This document shows, piece after piece, positions 20,321 through 29,613 of a stretch of DNA of 64,000 nucleotides. The position numbers and the translations under genes were made by a program. Positions within the stretch are counted from its first letter, which is position 1. Every line of letters begins with the position of its first letter. The notes under the pieces are model-generated. The model was not told the origin of the DNA and did no database searches. It saw only the letters and a program-made list of their open reading frames with translations. The DNA comes from a virus (taxonomy: Duplodnaviria > Caudoviricetes): positions 1 to 64,000 of the IMG/VR virus record IMGVR_UViG_3300029305_002015. One strand, 5' to 3'.

Positions 20321-20405
20321 ATTAAATTGTATATAAATAAAGAATCGATTTAGTTTTACCGCTTAATAATTGATCATTCATTTATTAATGAAAGGAGAAT
20401 TTATA

Positions 20406-21716
20406 ATGCCTACTCTTCAACAATTAAAAATCAATAATAGTAAAAATGCAGCTATTAAAACTGGTAGTTGGTCTAATCCTGGTGCTAAGTTTTATGATAG
20501 GCTACTTAATGCATTTTACTGCGAGGGAGATATCCCTGAAGGTGCTAAAGAATTAGAAAAGAAATTAAAAGATGGAAAGTATTTACAATGGAATGATTTC
20601 TTAAAAGAAGCTTATCTGATTGCTCCAGTTAAAGATATTAAGAATTCTCCATATGGTGTAACTCCATTTTCTAATTCTGGATGTAAGTATCCTCATCATG
20701 AAATCCGTAATGGTGAATTAGTACTTTCTGTACCTGGTGTAAAAGCTGCTTATGCTAGAGCTAAACAACAAGGAGTATATTCTGGTGAATTAAAAGCTCA
20801 CCTTGAAAGACATATGAAGGAACTTGGGGAACTCGTTAATTTTGAAGAAAGAATAGAAGATAACTTTGATTATATCTATAACTACATCAAAGAATCTACA
20901 GGTATAAATTTATTTGATAATATTGAAGAGAGATTTATTTCTGAGGCAACTGGTAAGGATGTAGATAAATCTTCAGATAGTGTTAAGAAAGAAAAATTTG
21001 TTCCTATCTTTGGCATTGCTAAATCTTATAGTCACCTGAAGGTTCGTAATGATGGAACTCCTAAATCAAAAAGTGAGTTAAACTCTATTAAGTTCTCTAA
21101 GATTATCAATAGACTTACTAGAGGAGATAACTATTCACATGCTTTAGTATCATTTGATGATTCCTTCACTAAAATGTATTCATATGAAGATGAAGGATTC
21201 GATATTGATAATATCATGGAGAATGATAGTTGGATGGGAACAGAGTCTATCTATATCTGTGTAATGTTTGTTAAGAAAGAAGATAAGAAGAGGATGCAAG
21301 ATTTCGTAAAGTATCTTATTAAAAATAGAAACGAAACCAAGTATGCATCTGCTAATCTTCTTAAAGCATTCATTGCAACTCCTGCTAAAGTTGATAAACG
21401 ATTTGTTTGTAGTACCTTTAGTGGATACATTCTATCTTGCTCTGATCCAAAGAATCTACATAGAGACTATAGTAGATTGCGTCCTGATGATCTAACTATT
21501 CTTCCTCGTGCATTCTATGTAATGAATGTAAAGGATAGAGAAGAGTTTATTGCTAAGAAGTCTGAAATTAAAGCAAAAGTAAAAGCTATCTACGATGAGT
21601 ATTATGATGAGATTGATGATTACAATAATCATCTTCCTAAACTAATGCTACAAGATCGAGTTGATAATCTTAAGTTCTTAGATAAAATCTTTGACTGGAT
21701 TATAGATAGAATGTAA
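20406..21716 (+). CDS. Putative virion protein with permuted NlpC/P60 (papain-like) domain
   Basis: YSHALVSFD...RFVCSTF His-before-Cys arrangement; ATG 20406 after AAGGAG. Confidence 0.5.
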   Translation: MPTLQQLKINNSKNAAIKTGSWSNPGAKFYDRLLNAFYCEGDIPEGAKELEKKLKDGKYLQWNDFLKEAYLIAPVKDIKNSPYGVTPFSNSGCKYPHHEIRNGELVLSVPGVKAAYARAKQQGVYSGELKAHLERHMKELGELVNFEERIEDNFDYIYNYIKESTGINLFDNIEERFISEATGKDVDKSSDSVKKEKFVPIFGIAKSYSHLKVRNDGTPKSKSELNSIKFSKIINRLTRGDNYSHALVSFDDSFTKMYSYEDEGFDIDNIMENDSWMGTESIYICVMFVKKEDKKRMQDFVKYLIKNRNETKYASANLLKAFIATPAKVDKRFVCSTFSGYILSCSDPKNLHRDYSRLRPDDLTILPRAFYVMNVKDREEFIAKKSEIKAKVKAIYDEYYDEIDDYNNHLPKLMLQDRVDNLKFLDKIFDWIIDRM

Positions 21717-21739
21717 TTATCAAAGAAAGGAGTATAGTC

Positions 21740-23773
21740 ATGGAATCAAATGAATATATTAGACTATTCACTGAAAGTTCTGAAGATATGGGAATCATGT
21801 TTGAAAGTTATAAAGATATCCCTGAGATCATCAGAAATTTCATGAGTTTAGTTGAATCTAATATTGAAGAATTGATCAAGAATCCTAAGAATAGTAATAT
21901 CAACATGAATGAGCAGATTGTTGAATTCAAGAATAGTATTACTCGTGAATTCCAACCTAGTTCAATTGTTATTAGTGAAATTCCTAAAACTCATAAGATG
22001 ATTAAAGGATTCCGTAAAGATCTTGATCATATTCTTGATAGACTTGCTAAATTAAAAAATAGGGTTAGCTTTGGTGGAAACTTTGTTAGAGCAATCCTAT
22101 TAAGACCTAAAGTTTATAGTAAGAACATCGAGTCTGAAGCATACGATAATATCAATACAAGTATTAGAAATATTGATAGATCGTTAGACTGGATTGAAAA
22201 AGTAATGATTGATCTATACAACATGGTCGATCAGGATCTAAACATTCTCACTATAGTATATAGAATCTATGCTAAGCGCAAGATCTATGAGGGAGGTGAT
22301 AGTATACATAGTCCTCATGAGGACTATAAAATACCCAACTTAACCCTCAATCAGCAATCTAGTTTACACGAAACAATTCAGGAATCTCTTAATTGGATAG
22401 AGGATTTTGTCCGTGATGAAGAGTTTCGTGAGAATGCATATAACATGATGATCAATCTTGAGAATCCTAATTCACTAATGATGTGGATGAGAAATAACAT
22501 CAAGTATGGATGGAAATCTATGGAAGATAATAAAGTCCATGGTACTGGAGAGGAAGATGATGAGAATTATTTCTTCAAATATTATCGTCTACAATCTCCT
22601 ACTGATGTTGCTCTAAACAAAATTGGTGTATGTTGGGATCAATGTGAACTTCAACGTAGATGGTTTGGTAAACATGGTATTGAACATGGAATCTTCTATA
22701 TTGAACTTCAGGATGAACAGTGCTTGCCTACTCATACATTCTTGGCTTATAAACAGAATGGTGTATATTGGTGGTTTGAACATTCTTGGGGTGACATGAG
22801 GGGTATTCGTAGATATGATGATCTAAAATCATTGATTCTTGATGTTGTATTAAAACATCAGGCTGCCAACAATGATAGGAAATCACCTGTATATGTATCC
22901 TGGTTAATGGAACCTCCAACATTTGGTATCACCTGCGAGCAATATATGAATTATGCCCATAGTCAAAAGCAATTAGATGTAAATAATCTTCCTACTGACT
23001 TTTATGAATCTGCATATACTGAAGCTGAAGATTCTACTGAAGAAGAGGAGACTAAACCTAATGAAGATGATACCAAACAAAATGATGTCCCACCGCCTGA
23101 AGGACCTAGTGAAGAACCTCCCGAAGAACCACCAGTACAAGAAGAGGATACCTCTGAGGAACCACCTCCATTGGAAGAACCCCAAGAGGAGGAAAATCCT
23201 CCTGAAGAGAAATCAAGTGAAACTGTAACAGATGAACCTGTTGAGGAGCCTAAAGAAGAACCTAAACCAGAATCATTACCTAAGCAGACTGATAGAGCTG
23301 AATCTGATAAGAATGGGGTAAGAAGGAAAAAACTTTATATAGCATTCATTGAATGGTGTAAAGAATATAATCCTAAAAATTCATTTGGAAGTATATTCGA
23401 TAAAGATGCTTTCAAAGTATCTTATCCTTTTATCCCAGATGAAATGAGATACTTCTACAGATTAGCAAATCCAATGCTTTGTGTATTGGCTGGTGATTTA
23501 ACCTTCTTCCCAGTTGCTGAGTTGAGGAAGTTAAATGAAAAGAATACTCAAATGGATAAATTCCTAATCTTTGCTGCTACACCTAATGATCTTCGAGTAT
23601 TTAATATTGAAGATAAGAAAGTGTATAGAGCAACTGAAGAAAATGGAACCATTACAACTCATGAGATGTTGGGTGATACATTTGATTTGTATATCCAGAA
23701 GATGGTTAATAAGGGTGACATTCTAAATGGACCTTTAGAAGAATCTACATTTGTTACTCCTATATGGTGGTAA
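21740..23773 (+). CDS. Multidomain putative virion protein: transglutaminase-like domain, P/E-rich linker, SMI1/KNR4-like C-terminus
   Basis: WMRNNIKYG...GVCWDQ...THTF...WWFE (transglutaminase-like core); IPDEMRYFY...FLIFA...LGDTFDLYI resembles SUKH. Confidence 0.5.
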   Translation: MESNEYIRLFTESSEDMGIMFESYKDIPEIIRNFMSLVESNIEELIKNPKNSNINMNEQIVEFKNSITREFQPSSIVISEIPKTHKMIKGFRKDLDHILDRLAKLKNRVSFGGNFVRAILLRPKVYSKNIESEAYDNINTSIRNIDRSLDWIEKVMIDLYNMVDQDLNILTIVYRIYAKRKIYEGGDSIHSPHEDYKIPNLTLNQQSSLHETIQESLNWIEDFVRDEEFRENAYNMMINLENPNSLMMWMRNNIKYGWKSMEDNKVHGTGEEDDENYFFKYYRLQSPTDVALNKIGVCWDQCELQRRWFGKHGIEHGIFYIELQDEQCLPTHTFLAYKQNGVYWWFEHSWGDMRGIRRYDDLKSLILDVVLKHQAANNDRKSPVYVSWLMEPPTFGITCEQYMNYAHSQKQLDVNNLPTDFYESAYTEAEDSTEEEETKPNEDDTKQNDVPPPEGPSEEPPEEPPVQEEDTSEEPPPLEEPQEEENPPEEKSSETVTDEPVEEPKEEPKPESLPKQTDRAESDKNGVRRKKLYIAFIEWCKEYNPKNSFGSIFDKDAFKVSYPFIPDEMRYFYRLANPMLCVLAGDLTFFPVAELRKLNEKNTQMDKFLIFAATPNDLRVFNIEDKKVYRATEENGTITTHEMLGDTFDLYIQKMVNKGDILNGPLEESTFVTPIWW

Positions 23774-24011
23774 ATAAACGACATAATGTACAGGGCCCTC
23801 CGCTAGGCCCTGTACATTATGTTCCAAAGGAGAAAAGAGGGGAGGTGAAAATGAACGAAGTATGCCCGCAAGCTGTATATAATCCCAAGATATTATATCT
23901 GGGTTAACTAGGATTAATAGGGTATTGCGATATATGTAAACTGGATGGGTGATCCAAGTTGTTTTAATCAGTAATTAACTCAGTATAATATCTTTATTAT
24001 AGAATGCGATT
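23773..24011 (-). ncRNA. Candidate small RNA ending in a 17-bp terminator hairpin
   Basis: Perfect stem ACATAATGTACAGGGCC/GGCCCTGTACATTATGT (23781-23822) with its T-rich tail on the minus side; AACA-N6-TA at 24011-24022; CACCUCCCCUCUUUUCUCCUUU tract before the stem. Confidence 0.35.
23851..23907 (+). CDS. Possible 18-aa micropeptide MNEVCPQAVYNPKILYLG
   Basis: GGAGGTG at short spacing before ATG; may instead be the antisense face of a small RNA. Confidence 0.25.
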   Translation: MNEVCPQAVYNPKILYLG

Positions 24012-24119
24012 ACTAATATGTTATATATGGATATACTCACTTTTTACAGTAGAATAAATAATGTAACTTATGAACATTATTTATTTCTAATTTTAATGAG
24101 AAAGGTGGGTTAGTGAAAA

Positions 24120-24314
24120 ATGGATGAATTTTTGATGTTCCTGCAAAGCTGTACATTCTGTAAAATTATATCCGCATTATTAGTATTATTCTTAATCTCT
24201 ATGATAGTTAATGTAGTTTCAAGAGCAGTAAAGCTATATCGCATTAAACAGAGAATGGATAATACAGTTTATCACACATGTATTTCATACCTATGTAAAG
24301 CTGACCACCAATAG
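24120..24314 (+). CDS. Small membrane protein (64 aa)
   Basis: One hydrophobic helix IISALLVLFLISMIVNVV; AAAGGTGG upstream. Confidence 0.55.
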   Translation: MDEFLMFLQSCTFCKIISALLVLFLISMIVNVVSRAVKLYRIKQRMDNTVYHTCISYLCKADHQ

Positions 24315-24406
24315 TATCTAGATGCACTCCACGTATATATTATAAATATAAGAATGTCAGATAGAAACTGACTTCGAATTATATTATAATACACGGAGGT
24401 ACCCAG

Positions 24407-24442
24407 ATGACACAGCGCTTCAATGCTTTTCATTTAGAGTAG
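24407..24442 (+). CDS. Possible 11-aa leader peptide MTQRFNAFHLE
   Basis: GGAGGT at 24395 with good spacing; stop abuts a hairpin. Confidence 0.3.
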   Translation: MTQRFNAFHLE

Positions 24443-24444
24443 AT

Positions 24445-24515
24445 ATAGGAGGTTCCGGTAAGGGGCCTCCTATACCTGCTTTAGTATGTACATCTCCTAA
24501 GAAAGGAGGTGTACA
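24445..24515 (+). promoter_or_regulatory. Tandem RNA hairpins, the second sequestering the RBS of the 24518 ORF
   Basis: TATAGGAGG...CCTCCTATA stem, then TGTACATCTCCT-aagaa-AGGAGGTGTACA directly before ATG. Confidence 0.6.
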
Positions 24516-24517
24516 AA

Positions 24518-24607
24518 ATGGATGAATCTAGAGATCTTTATGATACTACAGTAGAATTAGATGATAATGACGATGATGAATCAGATAAATCGGAGGATGA
24601 CGAATAA
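24518..24607 (+). CDS. 29-aa highly acidic peptide MDESRDLYDTTVELDDNDDDESDKSEDDE
   Basis: AAAGGAGGTG SD; below the ORF-track cutoff; TAATG overlap with the next ORF. Confidence 0.55.
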   Translation: MDESRDLYDTTVELDDNDDDESDKSEDDE

Positions 24608-24777
24608 TGCCATTTGATGAAATTGCTGAAAAGATGGAAGAACGAGATAAAGAGAGGGAATATCTCCGTACAGGCCTTAAAGGTGATAGATCTAGTATAT
24701 GGCCTAGAGATCCTTCACCTAGTGAAATAGGTATTAATAATTATATTCCTGAGCCTAAAAATAATAATGAAAAATAA
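24607..24777 (+). CDS. 56-aa hypothetical protein MPFDEIAEKMEERDKERE...
   Basis: GGAGGA SD, TAATG translational coupling, terminator directly after the stop. Confidence 0.6.
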   Translation: MPFDEIAEKMEERDKEREYLRTGLKGDRSSIWPRDPSPSEIGINNYIPEPKNNNEK

Positions 24778-24779
24778 TG

Positions 24780-24818
24780 AGAAAGGGAGGGCCATAAACC
24801 CTCCCTTTCTTTTTTTTT
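24780..24818. terminator. Intrinsic terminator (copy of 6635-6669)
   Basis: AGAAAGGGAGGG-ccataaa-CCCTCCCTTTCT plus T tract, between convergent genes. Confidence 0.85.
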
Positions 24819-27111
24819 ATTTTGTTACGGCTCCGCCGAGTGCATACCATCCGGGAGGTCTCATACCATAACCGAATGTCGGGTCATTCTTATAAGATGT
24901 ATTATACAAGAATGCAATACCAGTTGCACCATTTACATATAGAACCTTGTCAGTGATATCAACTTCAATTGCTTTAGAAGTTTCAGGATCGATTCTAGTT
25001 TCAGTAAATCTCTGATTAGGTTCAGGATCAGTCTGATCAATGTGAAGATAAGCTCTAGAAGTTGCGTTCTTATTATTAGATACTACAGTGTCAGGATTAC
25101 GATTCATACTATCAAACATAGAGTCTAGCATGAACTTGTAATAGTTATTAAAGTTATTAGTATCATAATTGGAAAGGTATAGAGCTTTAATATCACAAGG
25201 TCTTTCAATACCCATAGGACCTTGATCAACCCATTTACCAGTGAATACCTGGATATCATCTCTGATAACCCAAGTAGGATTCTGAGTATTAATTACATAC
25301 TTGAATAGGTGGACATGCACACCAGCAGTTGCATTACCACCATGCTCATGGAATGCCACACCAGAAGTATATTCATTAGGTACATCACCACCACGTCCAG
25401 AGTTAATGCCAGTGAAACCAGGACCTGCAGCAGTACTTCTAATATTGATTAATCCATTCTGGCTATCAGGTTCATTAATATCAGACCAAGGAGTAGAGTT
25501 GTCAGATCTTACTGTAGGTGTAATATCAACGTATGCATACAGATTATTTTTTATCTGAGTTGCATGTGTTTCAATTGTAACTCTACTGATTACTTCAAGT
25601 TTAGCACCATGACCAACACCAGTAGTATTTACAAAGTCGATGCCAACACCATGAGTAGAAGGATCTTCATCAAATACTCTCTCAACAAGATTTTGATATT
25701 TACCTTTTTGGATTTGACCATTTACACCTACCTGAAGAACTTCATAAATGAATACATCTTCACCAAAGGTCCAGGATAGTAAATCGCCTACTTGATATTG
25801 CTCACCAGATTCAACGATATCAATATTGATATCCTTAGAGTAATATCTTAAATCAATTCTATTATATCTCCATTGATATAGTTTACCAGCATGGAAAGGT
25901 TCCTCACCAGTTTGAGCCATTCGGCTATAAGGTACAGGTTCTCTTTCTGCAACAGATAGTTCCATATTATTTGGATTTAGAGATTGGGCTAGATAAGAGT
26001 CATTATACATAGCTCTATCAAACCAATTAGGAGACCACCTACCATCGAAGATATAATAGTTATGCCTACGACGGGCACCAGGAGTATCCTTATGAGTTAA
26101 AGGAGTTTGAACCTGATCGATTAGATCTACGCGCTCTAACTCTTCAACAGACCTAAAGATTCCGGGTAGATATCCACCAGGATGATCAATACCACTGAAT
26201 CGACGATTGTGATTATATGCAGATATAGCTTCACCAAGTCTATCACCAAAGTCTCCTAGATCAGGATTTTGACCAAGATCAGGTTGAGTATTCTTGTCAA
26301 TTAATCCATCACTCTCAGCATAAACTTGTTCACCATTTAGGCCAACACGATAATTCTGAATATAATCTCCACTTTCATCCTTAGCAATTTCAGGATATAC
26401 AAAAGTACGATCATCAATATTATCCAGTACAAATCGATTGGATGTAGTAAAGTTATTATCCGTATGATGGTAGTCAGGATCTGCAATGAAATGTAGATCA
26501 TTTTTTAGTTGAGTAATTCTTGTAGGAACATCTCCCATACGAGCAATAGCCCTAGCAGGGATTCGGTCTTCTACAGCTCTAGATTCATTGTTAACATAAT
26601 TTGGATCATCATTACTATATAGAATAGCTCTACCATCATATGGATCTAACATAATACCAGCCATTCTATTTTCGGTCTTAGTAACCATGTCACCATTGTC
26701 ATCAAGACCATAACCAAATTTACCAGGAATCTTAGCCAATGCCATTAACATTGTACGGTTAACAACTTGCTTCAGTGATTCTTCACTTAAAGCTTTATCC
26801 CACTTATCGAGATTATGTACAATACCAAATACACCGCTATCATTTACAATACCAGCGTATCCAGGATATGCATTGTTATCAGGGAATGTACGAAGTTCCA
26901 TTCTCTGATACATACCATTATTATGAAGCTCACCACTGAATTTAAATAGAAGCTGATTGTCATAATAATCAGCATCTTTATTAGGCTTTAGATTCCATCT
27001 TAAACGTTCTTGACGGAGTAACTGACGTAGACCATCTGGATTCAAATATCGTAATATCTCTTCCGGCGTTACCAACAGTTCTTCTCCGCTAGGAAGAATA
27101 GTTCTGCCCAT
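24817..27111 (-). CDS. Putative virion structural protein (764 aa)
   Basis: Long G/N/D-rich ORF with SD GAGGTG; no enzyme motif recognised. Confidence 0.45.
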   Translation of the reverse strand: MGRTILPSGEELLVTPEEILRYLNPDGLRQLLRQERLRWNLKPNKDADYYDNQLLFKFSGELHNNGMYQRMELRTFPDNNAYPGYAGIVNDSGVFGIVHNLDKWDKALSEESLKQVVNRTMLMALAKIPGKFGYGLDDNGDMVTKTENRMAGIMLDPYDGRAILYSNDDPNYVNNESRAVEDRIPARAIARMGDVPTRITQLKNDLHFIADPDYHHTDNNFTTSNRFVLDNIDDRTFVYPEIAKDESGDYIQNYRVGLNGEQVYAESDGLIDKNTQPDLGQNPDLGDFGDRLGEAISAYNHNRRFSGIDHPGGYLPGIFRSVEELERVDLIDQVQTPLTHKDTPGARRRHNYYIFDGRWSPNWFDRAMYNDSYLAQSLNPNNMELSVAEREPVPYSRMAQTGEEPFHAGKLYQWRYNRIDLRYYSKDINIDIVESGEQYQVGDLLSWTFGEDVFIYEVLQVGVNGQIQKGKYQNLVERVFDEDPSTHGVGIDFVNTTGVGHGAKLEVISRVTIETHATQIKNNLYAYVDITPTVRSDNSTPWSDINEPDSQNGLINIRSTAAGPGFTGINSGRGGDVPNEYTSGVAFHEHGGNATAGVHVHLFKYVINTQNPTWVIRDDIQVFTGKWVDQGPMGIERPCDIKALYLSNYDTNNFNNYYKFMLDSMFDSMNRNPDTVVSNNKNATSRAYLHIDQTDPEPNQRFTETRIDPETSKAIEVDITDKVLYVNGATGIAFLYNTSYKNDPTFGYGMRPPGWYALGGAVTK

Positions 27112-27280
27112 AGAAAATCACCTCTCTTAATATTTATATATTTTAACGATAAATATAGCATAAATCATTTATAAAGGAGTATGAATCCTTTCAAAGAAGT
27201 ATCATAATTAATATATGAAATCAATAAACATGTTTTCTAAAAATAGATAAAACTCAATTTATTGAAAGGATTTATTAATT

Positions 27281-27934
27281 ATGGAACGAGGAAAATTTAT
27301 TAACCTAGAAGGAATTGATGGAGCTGGTAAAACTACACAGCTTTCAATGGCTAAACCTAAGATCGATGTACCTTGTCATTTTACAAGAGAAGCTACAGAT
27401 GGTCCTATCGGTAAATTACTCCGTTATACTTATTTGGCTGGAGTTCGTAAATGTGATGAAAGAGTAATTAACATGCTCTATGCAGCAGATCGTTTTGATC
27501 ACATTACAAATGAAGAAGATGGACTTCTGAAATATTTAAACCAGGGAATTCATGTGCTTTCTGATAGATACTATTTATCTTCTATGGCATATAATACATA
27601 CATGATGCCTACTGAAGATGAAGTAAAAGAAATGATTGAGCATACTATCACCATGAATCGTTATACAATGGAAACTCTTCGTCCAGATCTAACTATCTAT
27701 ATTGATTTAGATCCTGAAATTGCTTTACAAAGAATGCATGATGGTAGAGATGAAGCTAGTGTATATGAAACTTCTGAGAAGTTAAATAAAATCTATCGAG
27801 CATATCAGCTTTCCATGGATATTCTACGTGAACGTTTCAATGATAATATTGTTATTGTTGATGGAAACAGATCAGCTGAAGAAATTCATGTAGACATTAT
27901 GAGTCTAATTCACAATGAATTTAATAAAAAATAA
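27281..27934 (+). CDS. tmk: Thymidylate kinase
   Basis: LEGIDGAGKTT P-loop, TRE, DRYYLSSMAY, PDLTIYID. Confidence 0.92.
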   Translation: MERGKFINLEGIDGAGKTTQLSMAKPKIDVPCHFTREATDGPIGKLLRYTYLAGVRKCDERVINMLYAADRFDHITNEEDGLLKYLNQGIHVLSDRYYLSSMAYNTYMMPTEDEVKEMIEHTITMNRYTMETLRPDLTIYIDLDPEIALQRMHDGRDEASVYETSEKLNKIYRAYQLSMDILRERFNDNIVIVDGNRSAEEIHVDIMSLIHNEFNKK

Positions 27935-27957
27935 AAATTAAGGAGGATTACTTAATT

Positions 27958-29013
27958 ATGAAAATTATTAAGCCTAGTGTCAAGATCTTTGATCTGCCTG
28001 AACCTACTGATCACGATGGTGTATTGATGCACCTGGAAAGAATTGGTCGAACCTGCTACAAGAGTGAAGACAAGATTACCACTGATAGTGCTGCCAAGTT
28101 CCTTCAGAACATTCGTAATCGTAAGCATTGGGCAATGCTTGAGCACTACATCTTTGCTCTTAGTGTACCATTTTGGATGTATGATGATTTCAGAGGTATG
28201 GTTAAGAGAGCATGTGCTGCTCATGATTCTGAACTTCTTACCAAGCTTAGCTTTATTCACTTTACTGAATGGGAAGATTTCTCCGATGCTAAGTATCAGT
28301 ATGTAGTTTCTTTCAATGCTACTGCACTGAATTATCTTGTAGCAACTGATACTGTTATGAAGAACTCTGGTTGTGCTATCAATCATCTCTTCCAGTTCAT
28401 GAAGAATAATTATCCTGAACTCATGATGGATCCTGGTATTTCTTCTGTATCTATTGACTGGAATATTAAGTTCCTTTCTCGTGAAGAAGTAAAAGCTATG
28501 CCTATGTGGCTGAGAGATGTTCATGACTTCATGTCTGTCCTCTTTGTAGTTGACAGAGGTGTTACTCATGAAATCGTTCGTCATCGTCCTGTATCTTATG
28601 CTCAGGAATCTACTCGTTATTGCAACTATTCTCAGGGTAAATTTGGTAACGAGATCACTGTGATTCTTCCCAGCTTCTATGATACTGGAATGGGTACCAT
28701 GAGCAATAGTCTTGTATTTGATGAATGGAAAGCAGCTTGTGAAGCTTCTGAGCGTCGGTATAATAAGCTCATTGAGATGGGTTCTACTCCTCAGCAGGCA
28801 AGAAGTGTACTCCCCAACTCCTTAAAGGCAGATCTAAATATGACTGCATATCTGAAGGAGTTTAAGCACTTCTTTAATATGCGTTGTGAGAAAGGCGCTC
28901 ATCCTCAGATGAGAGAAGTTGCTTGTCCTCTTCTCATTGAAGCTAATAATGAGAATGAATACTATAAGGGTGTATTTGAGGAGAATATGCATCTTCTTGA
29001 TAAAGCTGAATAA
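27958..29013 (+). CDS. thyX: FAD-dependent thymidylate synthase
   Basis: RGVTHEIVRHRPVSYAQESTRY motif, ARSVLPN, AHPQMR; N-terminal GRTCYKS...HWAMLEH. Confidence 0.92.
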   Translation: MKIIKPSVKIFDLPEPTDHDGVLMHLERIGRTCYKSEDKITTDSAAKFLQNIRNRKHWAMLEHYIFALSVPFWMYDDFRGMVKRACAAHDSELLTKLSFIHFTEWEDFSDAKYQYVVSFNATALNYLVATDTVMKNSGCAINHLFQFMKNNYPELMMDPGISSVSIDWNIKFLSREEVKAMPMWLRDVHDFMSVLFVVDRGVTHEIVRHRPVSYAQESTRYCNYSQGKFGNEITVILPSFYDTGMGTMSNSLVFDEWKAACEASERRYNKLIEMGSTPQQARSVLPNSLKADLNMTAYLKEFKHFFNMRCEKGAHPQMREVACPLLIEANNENEYYKGVFEENMHLLDKAE

Positions 29014-29025
29014 GGAGGATGTATT

Positions 29026-29277
29026 ATGGCATTTACACCTGGACCTCATGAGAGGACATTTGAACTTAAACCCATTGGTGTAAAGTATATATGTGAATTC
29101 TGTAATGAAGGTGAAATGGTATATAAGAATGATCAACCTATAATGGTAGAACTTGTTAATACCAAGCCTACACTTCACAGACATGTATGTATGAAGTGTG
29201 GAAAGACTATGCAACTTCCAAAGATTTATCCTTATATTGAATGGCTTTCTGAAGATGACCAGAAAGATAATCAATAA
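29026..29277 (+). CDS. Small zinc-ribbon protein
   Basis: CEFC...CMKC; SD AAGGAGG. Confidence 0.65.
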   Translation: MAFTPGPHERTFELKPIGVKYICEFCNEGEMVYKNDQPIMVELVNTKPTLHRHVCMKCGKTMQLPKIYPYIEWLSEDDQKDNQ

Positions 29278-29291
29278 AGGAGGTTTCCATT

Positions 29292-29579
29292 ATGAATCAG
29301 ATGAAGTTTGTTTGGTTATCCAACAATATTCCTGGGGTCAAAGTTGAAATGGGTCCTGATGGAATTACTACTGTACATCTCCGTCCTTTGATTGATATTA
29401 CTCATAACTCTAAGATGAGAGATCTGATGTTAATTGAATTCAAAGATAATAAGAGGAAGTACATTATTCCTGATCAGAAAACCCTGGAAGAGATTTATCG
29501 TATGCATATGGAAAATACTGAAGTGATGTATATTATGAATCATTATTGTGAGGATAAACTTCCACGAGCAACCAAGTAA
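29292..29579 (+). CDS. Hypothetical protein (95 aa)
   Basis: SD AAGGAGGT; last gene of the tmk-thyX operon. Confidence 0.7.
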   Translation: MNQMKFVWLSNNIPGVKVEMGPDGITTVHLRPLIDITHNSKMRDLMLIEFKDNKRKYIIPDQKTLEEIYRMHMENTEVMYIMNHYCEDKLPRATK

Positions 29580-29613
29580 AAATATGGGGAGCATAATGCT
29601 CCCCATATTTTTT
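29578..29613. terminator. Bidirectional intrinsic terminator
   Basis: AAAATATGGGGAGCA-taa-TGCTCCCCATATTTT between convergent genes. Confidence 0.85.

Noticed and set aside
23773-24520. tRNA or known riboswitch in the long intergenic region
   Set aside because: No cloverleaf with a proper T-arm and acceptor stem and no aptamer consensus recognised by eye; a covariance-model search would be needed to exclude one
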